Assembly (NCBI GenBank): GCA_000708835.1
Contig: DF237158.1
Location: 1-64,000 of the forward strand
Origin: Klebsormidium nitens
Lineage: Eukaryota; Plantae; Klebsormidiophyceae
DNA: 64,000 nucleotides
Direction: 5' to 3'
The notes beneath the pieces were generated by a model, which was not told the origin of the DNA, ran no database searches, and saw nothing but the letters and a program-made list of their open reading frames with translations. Made by a program: the position numbers and the translations under genes. The first letter of the stretch is position 1; each line of letters opens with the position of its first letter. Shown in pieces: positions 46,944-60,300 of this stretch.

Positions 46944-49900
46944 ATGAGTGGCATTGGGTGCTTCCCTGGAAAGGCTCAGCAGGCCCTTTTCCAGAATGGG
47001 GGGTCAGTGCTACAGTGGAAACCTGTGCAGCCCGTGCGTTATGGGGACAGTCCAGGCAGCGACGATCTTCCATACTCCTCATCCTCAGAAGATGATCTTA
47101 CCCCCCAAAAGCCGGCCCGATTCACACCAGCAGATGAAGGTGGTCCGAGGAAAAATGTGCCCGAGGACAATGCTAATGATAGCATAACAAGCAGTCAACA
47201 AACTACGGAGACGACTGGAACGTTTGAATCAAGTGATACAACAGGAACCAGTAGATTGCAGGGCTTACCAAGCATGGGGCCACAGAGAGGGCTGCAGGTC
47301 GAAGAAGAGAGGAGACAGTTGGCAGCTGTGAAAGAGGAGTCAGCAGAAGGGTTTGAGGGAAGTCCGTTGTTTGCTGGATTGCCTGTCGGATCCAGTCCGT
47401 CATCATCCGTCGTCTTGAAAAAGGCTGCACTTCCAGAGCCATCCCCTGTTGTCTGGGAATTGCAAGAATATGGTGACAAGAGGCGCCAGCAACTGAAGAA
47501 GGAGGCCTGGCAGCTGAAAAGATATGAGCACCTGCTCAATCTGCTCAAAGAAGGCCTCATTGACCAAGCGGACTTCCAGGTTGGTCATTTCAATCTCATA
47601 CAATGCCTGCTTTCTTCAATGAGATTGAGCCTGCACTAGTTGCACATGCAAAATTCGGTTCCTGTGAGACTGTTTTGGTTCAGATTCCGACTTCCAAAGC
47701 CCGATTCAAAAGCTTCTTTGCACTCTTGTGTCTGCTGATGAATGCATCTTTCAAAGTGTGTAGCACTTAAACGAGAGAAGGGGTTGGTTTACCAGCATCT
47801 GGCAGTGGTAAACACTAGTAAATTGAGAGATTGCAGCATGGGACATAACATCAGAATCTTCTGAGAACGTGCCACAATGTAGAGTGCTTGAAGCACTCTG
47901 CTTCTCAAATCTGCTCTCACTTCTGCTTGTGAACGTAAGCAAGATAGTGATGTTAGACAGAGAAGGAACTAACGTGCAGGGCATTGTGGTGCTGATACTG
48001 CATATCAAGATTCTTTGGGTCCGCTCGCATGTTGCATGCCAAAGGTGCAGTACGTGAAAGATGCTGTTAGGTCTTCCTTGATGCCCCACCATCTACCTTC
48101 CAAGTTCTCTTCCCATCATAACCTGCAGGCTCACAAAAAGCCCATCATGAAGTACATGTCGGATACGTGTTCAGAACCTGGAAGAGAGAACAAAGAGCTC
48201 GAACATGATAAGCTGGTCTTCTTGAAGCAGCTAAAAGAGGTAAGTTATCAGTCCCTCTCTGCAAGGTGACCCCAAGGCAGTCGCATGAAGTTGTGGGGAA
48301 CATGCCATCATATGAGTATGCCTTTGCTTAAGCACCTGGATAATTGTGTCGCACATAAGGATGAACAGCTTGTCCATGTGGTGGCAACACTTATCCATAT
48401 CAATTTCTCCCGCGTCCTTCGTGCAGGCGGACTGCTTGACTGGCTCTGAGTACCGCTCAGCCAAAGCTCCCATCCTGAGGCGACTGGCGGGCTACCGCAT
48501 AGTCTCCCCATCGCGAGACAAAGGGAAGGCAAAGGGAGGCTTCAGGGCCATACTCAACAAGCTGAAAGTGCACGGACTTCGCCACCACTCTCCCCCTCGC
48601 AGCGGAATGTGAGTTACCAGAATGCGCGGCTTGCAGCTTCAAGATGGACAACTTGTTTCCAAATTCACTCCCTGGTGTCGCTGCATGCTTCTAAATAATG
48701 CTGGAAGCCCCAGACTCACTGATGGCTTCTCTTTTGCAGGAGTACGCCAGCTGGGTCCCCTCCTCGGGGAGCCAAGTGGAAGTCTGCTTCTAACCCATAC
48801 TTTACCCACTCAGACCCTATTCCGGGTGGGCCCTTTCCACCTCCCACCTTTGCGAGACGCATGTCCAGCACGGCCCCATACACACTGGGCACTAACCCGC
48901 TGGCGGAAGACAGCCAAGCAAAGAAGCAGGTGGGTGCCTGGTCGGGCATGATGCAACGATGCAAGCACAGGTTCTCAATCACCATGCTGCATCAAATGTT
49001 CCAGTGCGACCGAAGTAGGCTCCTTCTCATGTGGGCGCTTGAAAGCGTAGCATGCTGTGGTACCTCAGCATCTGACGATGTCTTGTTTGTGATGGATCCG
49101 CCAAATCTACAACATTCACTTGAGATGCTGCATCCAGGCTTACTCTCTGGTCCTGCAGGGTGGAAGCGGTGGCGGTGAAGGCAGTCAGACCCCCAGCCAG
49201 GACCTGAGTAGCAGCCCCCCCAGCAGCATCCGCTCGCCTCTAGACTGGCCTCGCACGGCAGGCGATCGCCGGGGTCCCGATTGGACCCCCAAGATGGGAC
49301 CTGTGCAAGGCGAGAAGGTGGCACAGGCTCACAAACCCCTGAGTGCCGCAGGATTGGGCAGTGAGGCTGACAGCAAAGACCGGGGTGCTTTTGGCAGCGA
49401 GTTTCAGGTTCAGGGGGATGGATTCGGCAGCAGATTGGACGCCCCTGGCAGGATTCCGGGCTCGGTTTCTTTGGATGCAGGGAGCAGTAGCCGAGGGACG
49501 TCAAATAGAACCAGCAGTGGCTTTGCTTCGGAGTTCAGCGGTTCGCTGAGTGTGAACGGGCACCAGCTCAGCCATGCTGGTAAGGAGGCGGTTGGTAAGA
49601 AGAGAGGGGGCCATGGGGAATTGGGGGAGGGCAAGACAGGGCTGTCCGAAAGCAATGGTGGACGGCAAGGGGGCAAGGGCGCAAACTACCCGAGCAAGTT
49701 CCTCCTGGCGCTTCATTCCTCGGGCGAATTCGGGGGCTTCACGAACCCCTTTAGCCAGCCTCCTTTGTCCGAGGACTTCCTCGACTCCCCGCTGGGCACG
49801 GAGAAGGAGATTTGCAGTGATCTGGAGAGCAGCCCTGAGGAGTCCGCGGGGGTAGCATTGCCCTCTCATCAAGGTGCAAACCAGGGTCTGCCTGGCTGTG

Positions 49901-52900
49901 GCGCTCACATGCCCGCTGAGAGGTCTGGGACAACGGAGGCCAAACGGGATAGTAGGGGAAAGCCTGACAACCCGCTCAGAGAGGAAGTCTCGACGGAGTT
50001 TGTGGCAGAGGAGAGACCCCAGGGCAAGGACGACTCTGGCAGAGGCGTGCCGCGGGTCAACCTGTTTGGGGAGAGGGGAACGTCCACAGTTTCGGCAAGG
50101 CAGGAGCGCGAATCCCGTTCGTCTGCTGCTGCAGATGCCTTCGGGACAGACGTCTTCTGCGCCAAACCGTTGGTGAAGCCTGGGCCTCCTAAAAAGCTTC
50201 AGAGTGTGCTGTCTTTCCCCCCCTCCTCCGGTAAGCCTGCCGGCCGGCCACCCTCAGGCCCCAGATCCCGGCCCAACTCCCCTCCTGCTCGGGCGGCCCC
50301 TCCTGTCCCAAGGTCCCAAACCCTGCCCTCAAACGTGCAGTCTCAGGACTTCAAGGAGGGGGTGAAGGCTCCCGCCGGGCTGTTCATGGGGTCCGCTGCA
50401 GATCCACGGCAAGTGATCCCAGTTGCCCCGTCTCTGGCAGCGAAGAAGCCCATCCCCGAAGTGAAGGTCACGACCAGGATCAACGTGGCCAAGATTGCCA
50501 TCACCAGGCAGGCGTCCAAGGGGCCAGCAGCCAAACAGGCCACCGTCTGGAACAGGTGAGCTCAACGTACAGTCGCTGCTGCTCTCAACTGCAGTCCTTA
50601 AGTCGAGAATGCCTAAAGGCTTGTACAGAAACATTCTGACCAGTCCCTTTGAAAGTTCGTCAGTCTTTGTGATGATTGTTCATGTCGACTTGCTGAGATC
50701 CCGGGAGCACGAGCACCTATATATATTGTGCTACTGCCGATTCTTGCCTCACGTCGTGGTCCTTGTGTACAGGCTGACCGGACAGAACCAAGGCAAGCCC
50801 AAGAAACGGGCAGTGGGTGGGCGGGGAGAAGCGGCCGCGCTGCTGGACAGTGAGTCGGAGGTGTCCTCCGAGGACGAGCTGGGCAACCCGAGCGGTGCTC
50901 AACCAAGCCGGGCGCCACAGTAAGTCAATCAACAAAGAACCGAGTCTACACCTAGGAAACTTACAGGAGACAGGAACAATACTCCTCTTCTGTGGTTCGA
51001 GGATCGTCTGACGATCAGTTAGACTATTGCCCATCAAGTCGACATTGTTGCTTGAGCTCGTAAAGGGAGCAGGAGGAAGACAGCGTCGCAAAGATGCGGT
51101 CTGCCTGCTTTTCAGAATTTTGATGCAGTTATTAGGGCTTGTCTTTTTCGTTCTTCTTTTGTGTCATCTGGCCCCAGCGTTGCCCTTGTGCTCGTTCGCA
51201 AGCATACCCTACATAGATGTATGCCTAGCCCATTCGAGTGGAAGAGACTCGGCCTCTGGTGACAAATCGCTCTTGCTATATGCGAGGTGGTCCTCGTCTA
51301 GCATGTGACTCTTGTTACGTTGTTGCTACAGGGTTGCCTCCGAGGCTCTGACAGGGAGAATCCCCTCTGCGCTGGCCCAAGTCAGGTCCCAAGGAGAGGC
51401 CACGCGCCACGCGGCTCCCCCTGGCAGGACCAAGCGTGGGTCCGACGATCGGAAGCAGCACAATGCGGCGCCGCCAGCCAGACAGTGGGGGGCCAAGCCC
51501 CAAAGGGCGGGCGCGCTCCATGCCGTGCCTGAGAGCCCTGACAGAGCTGCCAAAGACGACCTGGGAAGCGAAAAGGGCCAGGGCGGAGTGGAAGATTCGG
51601 AAAGGATGGAGGAGACGGCGTCTGAAGCCTCTGACGAAGTGCTGTTTGAGGACGTGGCCCGGGACGAGGAAGTCAGCAGCAGGAAGGGAGCGGAAAAGAG
51701 GACAGCAGAGCTGCAACGGGGTGCTCCCGAAGGGAAGAGCGAGACGGCTGAGCCGCGGGGACTTTCGGAGAAGGTCGGAAGGGATGGACACCAGCGGCGG
51801 CCCAGCCAAGACATGGACGTGCTGGCCAGCGTGTTCGACCCGGAGGAGCCCGCACCTGCTCACGCGAGGGGTGAAGCTGAACAGGAGCCGGGGCAGAGGC
51901 GGGCCGGTTCAGAAGCTCGAGCGGAAGTCAAGTCGGGATTTGCGGTCCGCGCTAGACGCAGCCGAGCCAACCGAGAAAGCTCCGCAGGAGCATGTGCCCC
52001 CAGCCGTCGCTCCCAAGGCCGCCACGGCCGCCGGGCAGCCGGAGGCGCTGCGCCACAGGAGGCAGCCCAGCCTGGAGACAGTGCCGGGGGACGAGAAAGC
52101 GGGCGGGACGGCTGGGGCAGGGGCGCAGGAGGCCAGCGCCGCAAAGGCAGCCCTGCTAAGGTACCCCGACGGCCGTGCAGGCCAGCATGAGAGGAAGAAG
52201 AGCCGCGACCTCGAGAAGGAGGAGGCCGCTGTGGAGTCGGCCGCCGTTCCATCCACGGGTGTGCGCTATCCAGAGGAGCATGCGGCGCGGCATGCAAGAA
52301 AGAAGAGCCGCGACATGGAGAAGCTGGCAGCGGAAGCGAGCCTGGGCAGCCAAGCGAAAGGCGAGGGGGCGGCTGCAGAGAAAGATAGGGTGAAACAAGA
52401 CGGGCCCCAGGCGGAGACGGCCCAAGCTAAAGGGCTCAGAGCGGTAACCGCGAAGGCGGACGAAGTGAAGCCTGCCCGCAGTACCCGTCAGCCTGAGGAG
52501 AGAGCAGGGACGGAGGCCCCTCAGGTGCCCGCTGCCCCGGCTGTGTTGCCGGCTGCTCCGCCCGCACTGCCCGCGGCTGCCCCACAGGTGAGGCATCTCT
52601 TTTTACTTTCTCTTCTCATGTCAAGGATCGCAGAACTAGCTTCTATCATTTTGCGACCACCTTCAAACCTGCTCGAAGCCGCTCAGTCTGACCGCAAGTT
52701 GCCAGAGTGGAAAGGTTTCTAGCTGATTGGTTGAGTTTCGCCTTTACACGATTGTCCAGATGAATTTTACGGTGACTTCAAAGCCACTGCGGTGGTTTGG
52801 CAGCACGTCTGCTATTGCATAAACCAGGCAGCCTGATCGTAAGTTCCACATTAGTTTATTGCTCAGTTGTTGCCATATACGTTTGCAGGCTCCTGCTTCT

Positions 52901-55363
52901 GGCGCCGGCTCAAAATTGGCAGACCTCAAGGCTCGCATGGCCAGCATGAGGGGAGGCGGCCCTAAGCCTGCCGCCAAGCCCGTTCAGGCGGCCCCTTCCG
53001 CAACCGCTGCTGCTGTGAAGCCGAGCGAAGCTTCCGCTCCCCGACCGTCCGAGGTTGTCGTCACAAAGGCCCCCGCGCTCACTGCCACAACAACCTCGGA
53101 GACCCCATCCCCAGCCATTGAAGCGAAGGCCGTCGTGGTCGCTGTCGCTAGCCCGGTGGTCAAGGAGGAGGCGAAGCCCGGCCCCGCCCCGTCCGCCAAG
53201 ATGGATGTCGCCGCCAGGGTGGCAGCCCGCATGGCGGCGCGCGCTCAGGTGACCAAAGCGGCCAGCGCCGCCCCGCCCAGCGTCACCCCCCCGGCTGCCA
53301 GCACCGACGCCACCAGCAGGGAAGCTCAGCTGGAGGCCACCCCCGAAAACACGAAGGCCGCTCCGGCAGGCACGGCCGAAGGGACGGTCAGCAAGCGCGA
53401 CAACCGCTCTCTGTCTGTGCCCAAGCGGCCGACAGAACGGACAAACTCAGTTGCAGAAGGAGATGTGGACGCCGGAGAAGGATCCCGGCTGAACAGGGCC
53501 CGGAACTTCAGCGGGCCGATCAGCTTCAGTGGGCCGCTGCGGAGGGACGACGTGGAGGGCGGCCGCGAGGCGGGGAGGAGGACGGGCCACGCAACGGCGC
53601 CATCGTCACCACGAGAGGCGGGTGGGTACCGCATCACCACCCAGCAACATCTCGTCTTCTGTTCGTACAGTAATGAGAGGCGCAAATGATAGCCGTTGAA
53701 CTTGAACGGAGAAAAATATAGTGACAAGTTCGCCGTTAGGAGCCGGCGAGTACATTCTCCTTTGAGCACAGCAAGTTCCCTTGTCTAGTGTGAGCTGTTT
53801 CTGGGCTTTCGCGTGAATCTCGAGAAGAGGCGGCCGTCTGAGACACCCTTGTCGCAAACACCGACTTTGCTGTGAATCGACCTCTCGGCTGGCGCTCTCG
53901 GCTTCCAAGCCTGTCTTCCAACGCGGGCACTAACTTTTTTGGCTGCGTGTGCAGACTCCGGAGGCCCCTTCCAGCAGTCGCGGAGCCAGCCGGGCAGCCC
54001 CACGCGCAGCGACAAGCTGCTGGCGCTGCGGCGCCAGGTGACCACCATGAGCTCCGCCGTCAAGCCGGCCGCAGCAGAGGCAAAGCCGGCCGCACTCACC
54101 ACCACCACTAAAGCGTGGCCCGGGATCAAAAGGTACGGACACAAACTTCAGGAGTAGCGCTGTCCGGCAATGCCATCCTGAATGTCTCTCCTTTGAACGG
54201 CCGATCTGATGCCACAGCTGTCTGGCACGACGCCCTGCTGACTTTGTCTCGGCTGCGCTGTTGGCAGGGGCAAGGACGGCCCGGCCAAGAGCACGACCCC
54301 GGGCGCAGACAGCGCAGCGGGCAGTGACACGAGCAAGGACGACGCACTGGTGAGGATGCCCGCGAAACCTATGCCCGTCAGGGCCAACCGAAATTGCTTC
54401 AGGTCTCTGCCGTCTAGCTCGAGTGGTAGGAATGACAGGGTGGCTTGATAGAGTTCGATAGCAAATTGGTGCATTGAAGGAAGATCCGCCTTGTTGGTAT
54501 CTACTGGCTGATTGCCGACGCTGCTTGCAGGCGTTCTCCGAGAACATCAAGAACACCCTGGGACGGCTCCGTATGGAGAAAAGCCAGCAGAAGACCCCTG
54601 GTGCACACGCGACCAGGTACGGGACGCGCCGCCACGGCCAGGAACGGCTTGCCTGCTAATAAGGCGCTCCTCCGTGATTCTTTCCTCGGGCTAGAGAACC
54701 AATCAAGTCGGATTAACAAGCAGCCCGGACCCTGGCCGCTTCTGCTGTCGGGAGCATGTCCTAACAAGTACCTATTTGAGAGGCGGAACCTTGGGGATAC
54801 GAGCTACAACTGGGCCGGTGTTAGCTTCATATTGCGGTCTGACCCCACTTCATGCATTCGCAGGGCGCCACAGGCGGTGAAGGCTTCGGCCCCCGTGTCC
54901 CGGGGCATCGAGGGCGCTCTACACGAGACGAGCCGGAACACTCCGGCAAGCACCTGGTAAGCCAAGTGCTGCGACTGGCGTGGTACCCACTGGTGTTGGC
55001 AAGCTTGACAGCTTGACTGACGATCAATCTTGTGCGCTCCTGCCGTTGTGATGTGCTTCGTCTGGGAAGTCTGCAGAGGCGAACTTCGAAGTACGCTCCT
55101 GGGGCCCCACTTGCGATCTCGTGTTGCTTTGTACCCTCCGTTGTTCAACAGCCTTGTTCTGCTTGTCCAGGGCTCGTGTGTCCAAGCTGAAGGACCCCAA
55201 GGCTGCGGACGCTGCCCGCGCTCTGCGCGTGTCGGGCGCCAACTGGGAGGAGGAGATGCAGGCCGCGATGCAGGGCAAGTACGCCGAGAACATCAGCCCC
55301 GAGAAGAGCGCGTCAATGGACACGGCGGGGGGCGTCCGGGACAGCCTACGTAACTGGAGATAA
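46944..55363 (+). CDS. Very large, mostly disordered protein with two N-terminal SHOCT-like helical motifs (about 12 exons); contains an apparent frame switch near 51.9 kb
   Basis: HLLNLLKEGLIDQADFQ|AHKKPIM and LVFLKQLKE|ADCLTGSEYRSAKAPIL match the SHOCT pattern L..L...G.I/L...EF/Y...K..IL. Phase-compatible exons: 46944-47579, ~48128-48240, 48427-48608, 48740-48929, ~49159-50556, ~50773-50920, ~51331-52587, ~52889-53630, ~53956-54133, ~54268-54350, ~54531-54617, ~55171-55363. Confidence 0.6.
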
Positions 55364-57310
55364 CATGGCCAGGGCAACAAAGCGTAGCGGTGGTGGTTAA
55401 GGCTATTTTTAGAAAGCCAGGAGCGGCGGGCAGATAGTTGGAACGATGCGTTGTGGTGGAGACTGCTTCAGGACGTGATGCCGAGCTCTTGTACTCGATT
55501 GATGGTTGAAGCTTTGAGCAGGCGTCGGAGCGCGGTAAAATTTAGCGGTGCCAGTCCGACGGGCTGGCTGTATCTAAGATTCGTGGTTTTCCTTCTAATC
55601 CTCACAGGACTGCCCTAGACGATAGGACACTTGATATCCACGACAGGCCCCGTGATCATCACGATCACGACTTCATCTTAGGACGAGGTAGAACCGTGCC
55701 CACGTCAAAATCCTTGTCTTTGACGGGTGCACTTTTTAGAACCCCTATTTCACGATCTAGTGCTTTCAGTCGTCCACTGGCGTTTGAACATTGTCATTCT
55801 CGAAGAACTTGACTCTTCAAGGACAAAACCGAGGGCAACAGAGTACTGGGCGTGACATGGTCAATCGCAGGTGTTTACGATCTTGGTTCAGTTAGAGACG
55901 TGGCAGCATTATGCAGGGTTGGCAACGTTGGTAAACAGTGCCCTGCAGTACGTGGCTTCTTGACTCTGCAAACAATGATTTTACTGCGACGGTTGTCCTG
56001 GGGTGTTTGTGTATCTGAGCAACATCAGTCATGCATCAAGCATTATCGATCATCCTCGTTGTTGTTCAGGCCTCGGTCCACTGCGCTTATATTCATGGAC
56101 ACTTCTCTTCAAGCCCGTGCGCATCAAAGGCATGGGGCGTGTGCAGGTACTTCGCAGTGTTCGGTCATGCATCATGGCATGGATGACAACTACAACCATG
56201 AATCCATAAACCCTAGGTCCGACATTGACGTGCATGCCATATACTCTCCGATCGAGTCAGTCTGAAGCCTATCTTAGCCTCCACGAACCGTGAGAGCTTC
56301 GGCATATACCGGTCACGTACTTATTGTCCGGTCGTCCGATCATTCGAACATGCCGCTACCGGTAATTAGCATGAGCTCCAAAGGCGCGTGCGGCCGCGGC
56401 GATTGATCGAGCTTGTGCCTTGAGCATATCTATATCAATTAGCACACTGACGTGCAAACAGGCCCCACGTTTGATGGACGAGCTTACTAAAATGGTGATA
56501 TCATTAGCGCATATACATATGTCGGATTGCAACAGTACAAAAGACTGAGTCCTCGACCAGAAGATTATATTGCAGATCTATGGCAAGCACGGGCATTTCA
56601 CACTGACAGGTAAAAGTGTTCACATGGTCTGCTTTACATGATGTCGAGTTCGACGACAGGCCGCGGCCCTGATATGGAGGTTACTATGACACGGTTGTCA
56701 ACTGGCTGGTAACAAGTGCGTACGTCCCCTTCTAATCTGAAACCTGGTCAGCCACCTGGTCCCGCTTTTTGACCGGCTGACGGAACTAGTGATCAATAAC
56801 ACTTGCCAGAACCTCAGTGCATTCTTATCGAAAGTAAACGTACGCACGCCAAGCCGTTCTTCAGAGTTTGATATCGGTCGGTTGAGCAGGAGGCTGTCGT
56901 CCACCTTTTTTGTGACGTGTTCTTATACTAGACACTATCGTCACCAAGCCTATCTCCAACGCAAAGTGCTTGCCTATATGCACGGTTACTAACGCAGGTC
57001 AGAATTAAAGCCAGCTCCTGGTGCAGCGCCCGTCCTATTGAACTCCGCTTACCCTCATTTCATGCTAGTTTGTGCAAAACATATGAGGCAGCAAATTGTA
57101 AATGCACGTCTTACGAGTAAACGTCTTGAGGCCCACTGATCGTGCTTAAGATTGATTCGCTGGCCACACAACCCGTTGGCACCTGTCATTCGCCGGTGGA
57201 CACCCGTGCACCAGTCTCCGTCGATGCTCTGCACTTCTCCTCTTGCGGATTGCCAAGCTCAGTGTGTTTTTTCCGCAGCGTCCCCGAGCCGCCCGCGCGG
57301 CCGCGTCGGC

Positions 57311-60300
57311 TCAAGGCGCGGTCCTGATGGTGGTGCGGCCCAGGTAGTCGGCGAAGTCCTGCAGGCCGCCGCCAGCTTTGAGGCACAGCCGCTCGTTGGC
57401 CACCGCCAGGTGCACCTTGCGCCCCGCCAGCCGGTACACGCCGCCCTCCACCTGGCAGCACGGACAGGCAACAACAGCGTCAGCAGGAAGGCGGGCCAAG
57501 CCACGAAGCAGCGCAAGTGAACTATACGAGCAGCTTCTTCTCCGCCGACTCAGCGGCGGCCCTTCGACGGATGTCCGTGTGCTCGACTGCCAGAAGTCGA
57601 TCTGTCGATCTTTCGCCGCTCCCAAACACCTACTCCAGCATCTTCCTCAGCCGATCTTCCGCTGTGATTGCTCTACCGAGCTTCGGCAATCTGTTGCCTC
57701 TGCAATTACGTCATATTCGTCAAGACGAGATCTGCTTTCTTTCACGGTGTTTCGCTTCCACTCGTTTGATATCAGAATTGCAGCGGAAGCCGTTCTCGTG
57801 CAAACCATTATCCTGGTCGACACGTTCGATTTTATAATGGTGCCGCAACGTGTTCGCACCTTGACGAGCGGCAGCTTCCTCCCGGTCTGCGCCCGGTACG
57901 CGTCGTGCAGCGCGCGCACCAGGTGGTCCATCTTCTTGGCCTGCGCGCGCTGCCGCATCTCCGCCGACATGCTGCGCAGCAGGGGCCGCTCCGTATCCTC
58001 CTGCAATGGACCGGAGCGAATGATCGGATCAAGATAACACCGAGGCGCACTGGATCTGCTTGCCTACTGAGCGACATCCATTGTGGGCGACGCAAAAATA
58101 AGCGTCCCAGGGACAACCCAAGTATACTGCACGAAGCATTCGAAACGGCACGAATCCAATGAACCGACTCCATTTGTTCCAGCTGGCCTCACCCGGGGTG
58201 CCGTCCTGGGGCTTAGGCTCTTGTACGCCAGTAGGTCCGCCAGCTGGGCCGGGGACAGGGTGCGTTTCTCTGCCGGGGGGGCGCTCGGCGTGCCACTAGA
58301 CGAAGGGGCGTCGATGCTGAGGGGGAAGGGCGGAGATCGTGTCAGAAAGCCCACGGCGGGCCCGTTACCGGTGCCGGCGAAAAGTCACACCCACGTCCAC
58401 AAACGACGGCTGGAATGAAATGCTGGCAGAAAGGTTTGCGTTGAAGTGCACCCCAGCTTAACGAACACGAGGAAGAGGAGAAGTGTGGTGAGGCACGAAA
58501 ACGATCCCGATAAGAGAACGACTGCCAGTGCTCCGAAAATGTTTGAACCACAGCATGGAAGTCCAGTCAGCTTTATTAATTCCGGGCATACTTAAAAGAT
58601 GGTCCGCGGATACTTAAAAGACGGTGGTGCTGAGCCTCTGGAGAGCCGTACCTGTCCTCCCTCGTCGTGCCCACGTGAAGCAGCCCCTCCGCTTTGGCGA
58701 TGGCGAGCCGGGGCTCGTGGCTGGATCTGCGGCGGCTCTGGCTGCCCAACCCGCTGTCAGCCTGCGGCGAAGCGGCGATGCCGCCGGCCACCTGGAAGAA
58801 GCAGCCAAATCGTCATGGGTGTGGCAAGGGTAGGAGGAACCCCTGATTCAAGCGAACTTCGTGAACGGCTTGACGATAACAGCTTTTCTTTGTTTGCACA
58901 AAAGGAGGTCAACGAGAGTATTTTCGAGGTGCGCCGTTCAGACAACGAATCGTCACTCGTGCACTTCTTTGACCGTCAGAGGCCCCAGGGTAATAGCACG
59001 GGGGCGCTGCGTGCTTGGGGGGTGGTCTCACCTTGGTCTGCTTTTGCTCCGCGGCCTGCAGCTCCTGCGCGGCCCCTTCCAGCAGCTCCGCCAATTGCGC
59101 CAGCCGCACCTCCAACTCGCGGACCTGCTCCCACGGGCGACACGTGTTAGCCTCACTCCCTCATTCAATGACTCCTTGCAGGACCTTTGTTCAGGATCTG
59201 AGGACTTGCTTCGTTCACGCAAACGGGAAAAAACTGTCTCGATGTGTTTCAGAACGTGGTCGTGTCGCGCAGCTTCGCAAGCAACCGTATGGGCTGCTGT
59301 AGAACGCGCCCCTGTCCCGCCTTCGTCCATCTGATTTGTCGTGAATGCACTCGGCATAAGTGGGGCACCGGTGCGGCCGCCATGAACCGTCTCACCTTGC
59401 TCATCTCCGCAGTTTTACTGCCCGGGCGGGGGCTGATGAGCTCTCTCGCCACAGAAAAGCGTTGGGCGAGGGACACCAGGGCCGCCACCCGGTCCAGCTC
59501 AGAAAGGGGGTCGGGCTCCACGCCCACACTCTGGCGGCGGCGCAGCAGCAGCAGCCCCGACAGCTCCTCCTTCTCCTGCCGCAGCGCACGCACCTGCGAG
59601 CAGCAAGCGCGCGGATCCGTTTGGTCCATTATCTGGGTTTTTGACGAAACGCCATGTGGTTCTGGACGGATCGTAACGGACTGGTCTTAGAACCCTGCAA
59701 ACATCTTTACAGAGACGTTTAGCAGATTTGCCTCAAGTTGGACCAATACAATGGTCGGAGGTGTTAGGATGCCTTCGGCGCAGATAATCTTACTAGGTCC
59801 TAAAAAATCCCAGCATGTCTATGAATACTTTCAAATCAGCTGCAACCTGGGGCCAAAATCTGAGCAAGCCTCTCTTCAGAGAAGGAGAACGTGCACGACC
59901 ACTTCGTGTTACAGACCAGCATATCGAGCTCCCCTCCTGTTGGTTACCTTTTTGGCGAGCCGCACGCACTTGGCCTCCAGCTCCGCCCTGGTCAGTCCCG
60001 CCAGGTACTCCTCTGCCAGCACTCCCTCGGCCACTGCGGAGCCAGCCTCGCTCGGCGTCTGCTCTCCCTGCTCGCACTCTTCTTCCTTGCCCCCCCGTAG
60101 CTCCGCGTTCTCCGCGACCACCTTGGAGAGCGCCTCCCGGAAGCTGTTCTCTGCGCTCAGCGCATTTGGCGAGTCCGGCAGCTGCCCGCTGTGCGCCCCC
60201 GCCAGTGACGAGTAGTGCGCGGCGGTGGGCGCCTCTGCGAGCCCGCTTCCCACGGTCTGCGAGGCCTTGGCGGCCTTGGTGGGCTTGGCAAACGGGCCCA

